Assembly (NCBI GenBank): GCA_041854745.1
Contig: JBHACT010000040.1
Coordinates: 1,200-65,199, forward strand
From: Candidatus Limimorpha sp.
GTDB lineage: Bacteria > Bacteroidota > Bacteroidia > Bacteroidales > F082
DNA: 64,000 nt
Reading direction: 5' to 3'
The notes under the pieces were generated by a model that was given only the letters and a program-made list of their open reading frames with translations, was not told where the DNA came from and made no database searches. The position numbers and the translations under genes were made by a program. Shown piece by piece: positions 62,562 through 64,000 of this stretch (its first letter is position 1; the number at the start of each line of letters is the position of its first letter).

Positions 62562-62692
62562 AGAAAAATGTCAAGAGGAAAAGAAAACCCTGACGAAAAA
62601 AGCAGGATTTGCTTTCCCCCTTTGACCGATGTCGTGAAGCGCAGACTCTCGTTCTGTCCTATTTCAGATGATACAAGGTGTGCGTTTTTGGT

Positions 62693-64000
62693 TTATTTGA
62701 GCTCAAACTCCTCTCCCGGTTCAGGGATGACGATGTTGTCCCATTCTTCCTTGCGCAGTTGTCGTTTGTAGAATTGTTGGGCTTCGATGTCGCCGTGCAC
62801 GATGAAGGTCTTCTTTACCTTGCTTGGGTCTTGGCAGCTCAGGTAGTGGATCATTTCCTTGTAGTCGCCATGTCCGCTGAAGGCATCAATTTCGTAGATG
62901 TCGGCCAGCACGGGATGTTCCATGCCGAAGATGGAAACCGATTGCGGTTTGGGGTCAGCCAAAAGCTTGGCACCCAAGGTGGTCGGGGCGCAATAGCCGA
63001 TGGCAAGAATGCTGTTTTTGGGGTTTTCGATACTGTTGGCAATGTGGTGTTTCACCCGTCCGGCCTCCATCATGCCTGAGGCGGAAATGATGATGCAGGG
63101 TTCCTTGCGGGCGTTGAGGGCCTTCGATTGGTTGACATCGCGGACAAAGGTGAGTCCGTTGAAGCCGAAGGGGTCGGGGTCGTATTCGATGCCGTCTTTC
63201 ACATCATCGTTGAAGAGGTCGACGTGCATACGGAAGATTTCGGTGGCGTTGACGGCCAATGGGCTGTCCACATAGACCGGAATCTTTTCGGGCAGCTTGC
63301 CTTCGTTGTAGAAGTTGTTCAGCAGATAGACGATTTCCTGCGTGCGGCTTACGGCAAACGAAGGAATAATGAGTTTGCCGCGTTTCTCCACGCAGGTGTG
63401 GTAGATGATTTCCAACAACTGCTGTTCGGCGTTGGCGCGGTCGCTGTGGAGGCGGTTGCCGTATGTGGCCTCGGTGATGAGGTAGTCGCAATGCGGGAAA
63501 GGTTCAGGCGAGCGCAGCAGATAGTTGTGCTCACGACCGATGTCGCCCGTGTATCCGATACGGGTCATTTTGCCGCCTTCATCAATTTCGAGGACGGCGC
63601 AACCACTGCCCAGCAGGTGTCCCGTATTGTTGAATTTCACTTTTATGTTGTTGTCCAAATAGAGGTAGCGGTTGTAGCTGACGGTAACGAAGAGGCCTAT
63701 ACAAGCACGCGCATCTTTCTCCGTATAAATGGGTTGCAATGCGGGTAAACCCTGTTTGCGGCGTTTCTTGTTGAACCATTCCATATCGTTCTCCTGTATG
63801 AAGCCCGTGTCGGGGAGCATAATGCTGCACAGGTCCTTGGTGGCAGGGGTGCAGATCACTTGCCCACGGAAGCCCAGCTTGTGGAAATAGGGGATGAGGC
63901 CGCTGTGGTCGATGTGGGCGTGAGTGAGGATAATGTAGTCGATTTCCTCTGGGTCGACCATGATGTTGCGGTTGGCGGCATCGGTCTCGAGGCCCTTGCC
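62693..64000 (-). CDS. MBL-fold/beta-CASP RNA-metabolising hydrolase, 5'-partial
   Basis: ILTHAHIDHSG motif, beta-CASP layout; frame stays open to the window edge. Confidence 0.8.
   Translation of the reverse strand, partial: GKGLETDAANRNIMVDPEEIDYIILTHAHIDHSGLIPYFHKLGFRGQVICTPATKDLCSIMLPDTGFIQENDMEWFNKKRRKQGLPALQPIYTEKDARACIGLFVTVSYNRYLYLDNNIKVKFNNTGHLLGSGCAVLEIDEGGKMTRIGYTGDIGREHNYLLRSPEPFPHCDYLITEATYGNRLHSDRANAEQQLLEIIYHTCVEKRGKLIIPSFAVSRTQEIVYLLNNFYNEGKLPEKIPVYVDSPLAVNATEIFRMHVDLFNDDVKDGIEYDPDPFGFNGLTFVRDVNQSKALNARKEPCIIISASGMMEAGRVKHHIANSIENPKNSILAIGYCAPTTLGAKLLADPKPQSVSIFGMEHPVLADIYEIDAFSGHGDYKEMIHYLSCQDPSKVKKTFIVHGDIEAQQFYKRQLRKEEWDNIVIPEPGEEFELK

Overview
This 64-kb chromosomal segment looks like Bacteroidota (Bacteroidales/Prevotella-like). 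Supporting signs are TAnnTTTG -7 promoter boxes in front of most transcription units, no Shine-Dalgarno-like purine tract seen by eye upstream of start codons other than at the prfB frameshift site, T9SS C-terminal sorting domains, a BACON remnant and many lipoproteins. I call about 56 protein genes, mostly core functions: GH29 fucosidase, GH13 amylase plus glgB, an OadA-like carboxyltransferase, hutU and a distant hutH, yajC-ybbR-coaE, iorAB, cstA, prfB (programmed +1 frameshift), ECF sigma/anti-sigma with an OM barrel, a compact fabH-fabF-fabZ-acp-fabG cassette, recX, ygiQ, a FemAB-like gene, pepT, a block of GT-C/ArnT-like membrane glycosyltransferases with a PHP-like phosphoesterase, sufBCDS and hisS. 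I recognised no rRNA, tRNA, CRISPR array, transposase or integrase. The most interesting observations are: (1) an AT-rich type II restriction-modification cassette spliced stop-to-start, apparently without its own promoter, between sufB and the rest of the suf operon. (2) A pervasive family of (T)GTAGAGAC...GTCTCTAC(A) palindromic REP-like hairpins. Their inner stems differ between copies but always change on both sides. They sit within about 35 nt of stop codons, and the family includes a 26-bp-arm perfect palindrome, a 7+2-unit tandem array and a 67-bp tandem duplication. (3) A 26-nt AT-rich leader that is 25/26 identical in front of two unrelated internal operon genes. (4) A self-contained FAS-II cassette that looks accessory, with hairpin words shared by all its spacers. 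(5) In-frame palindromic ~36-nt repeats inside a DUF1016 nuclease gene. (6) A promoter-associated, roughly 175-nt rod-like candidate structured RNA. (7) A translationally coupled PHP-like/GT39/GT-C operon within a local concentration of four GT-C-type genes. All functional calls come from motif recognition by eye and no database search was run. Where the ORF track starts at TTG/GTG or lies upstream of a promoter box, I moved the start to the first plausible ATG.
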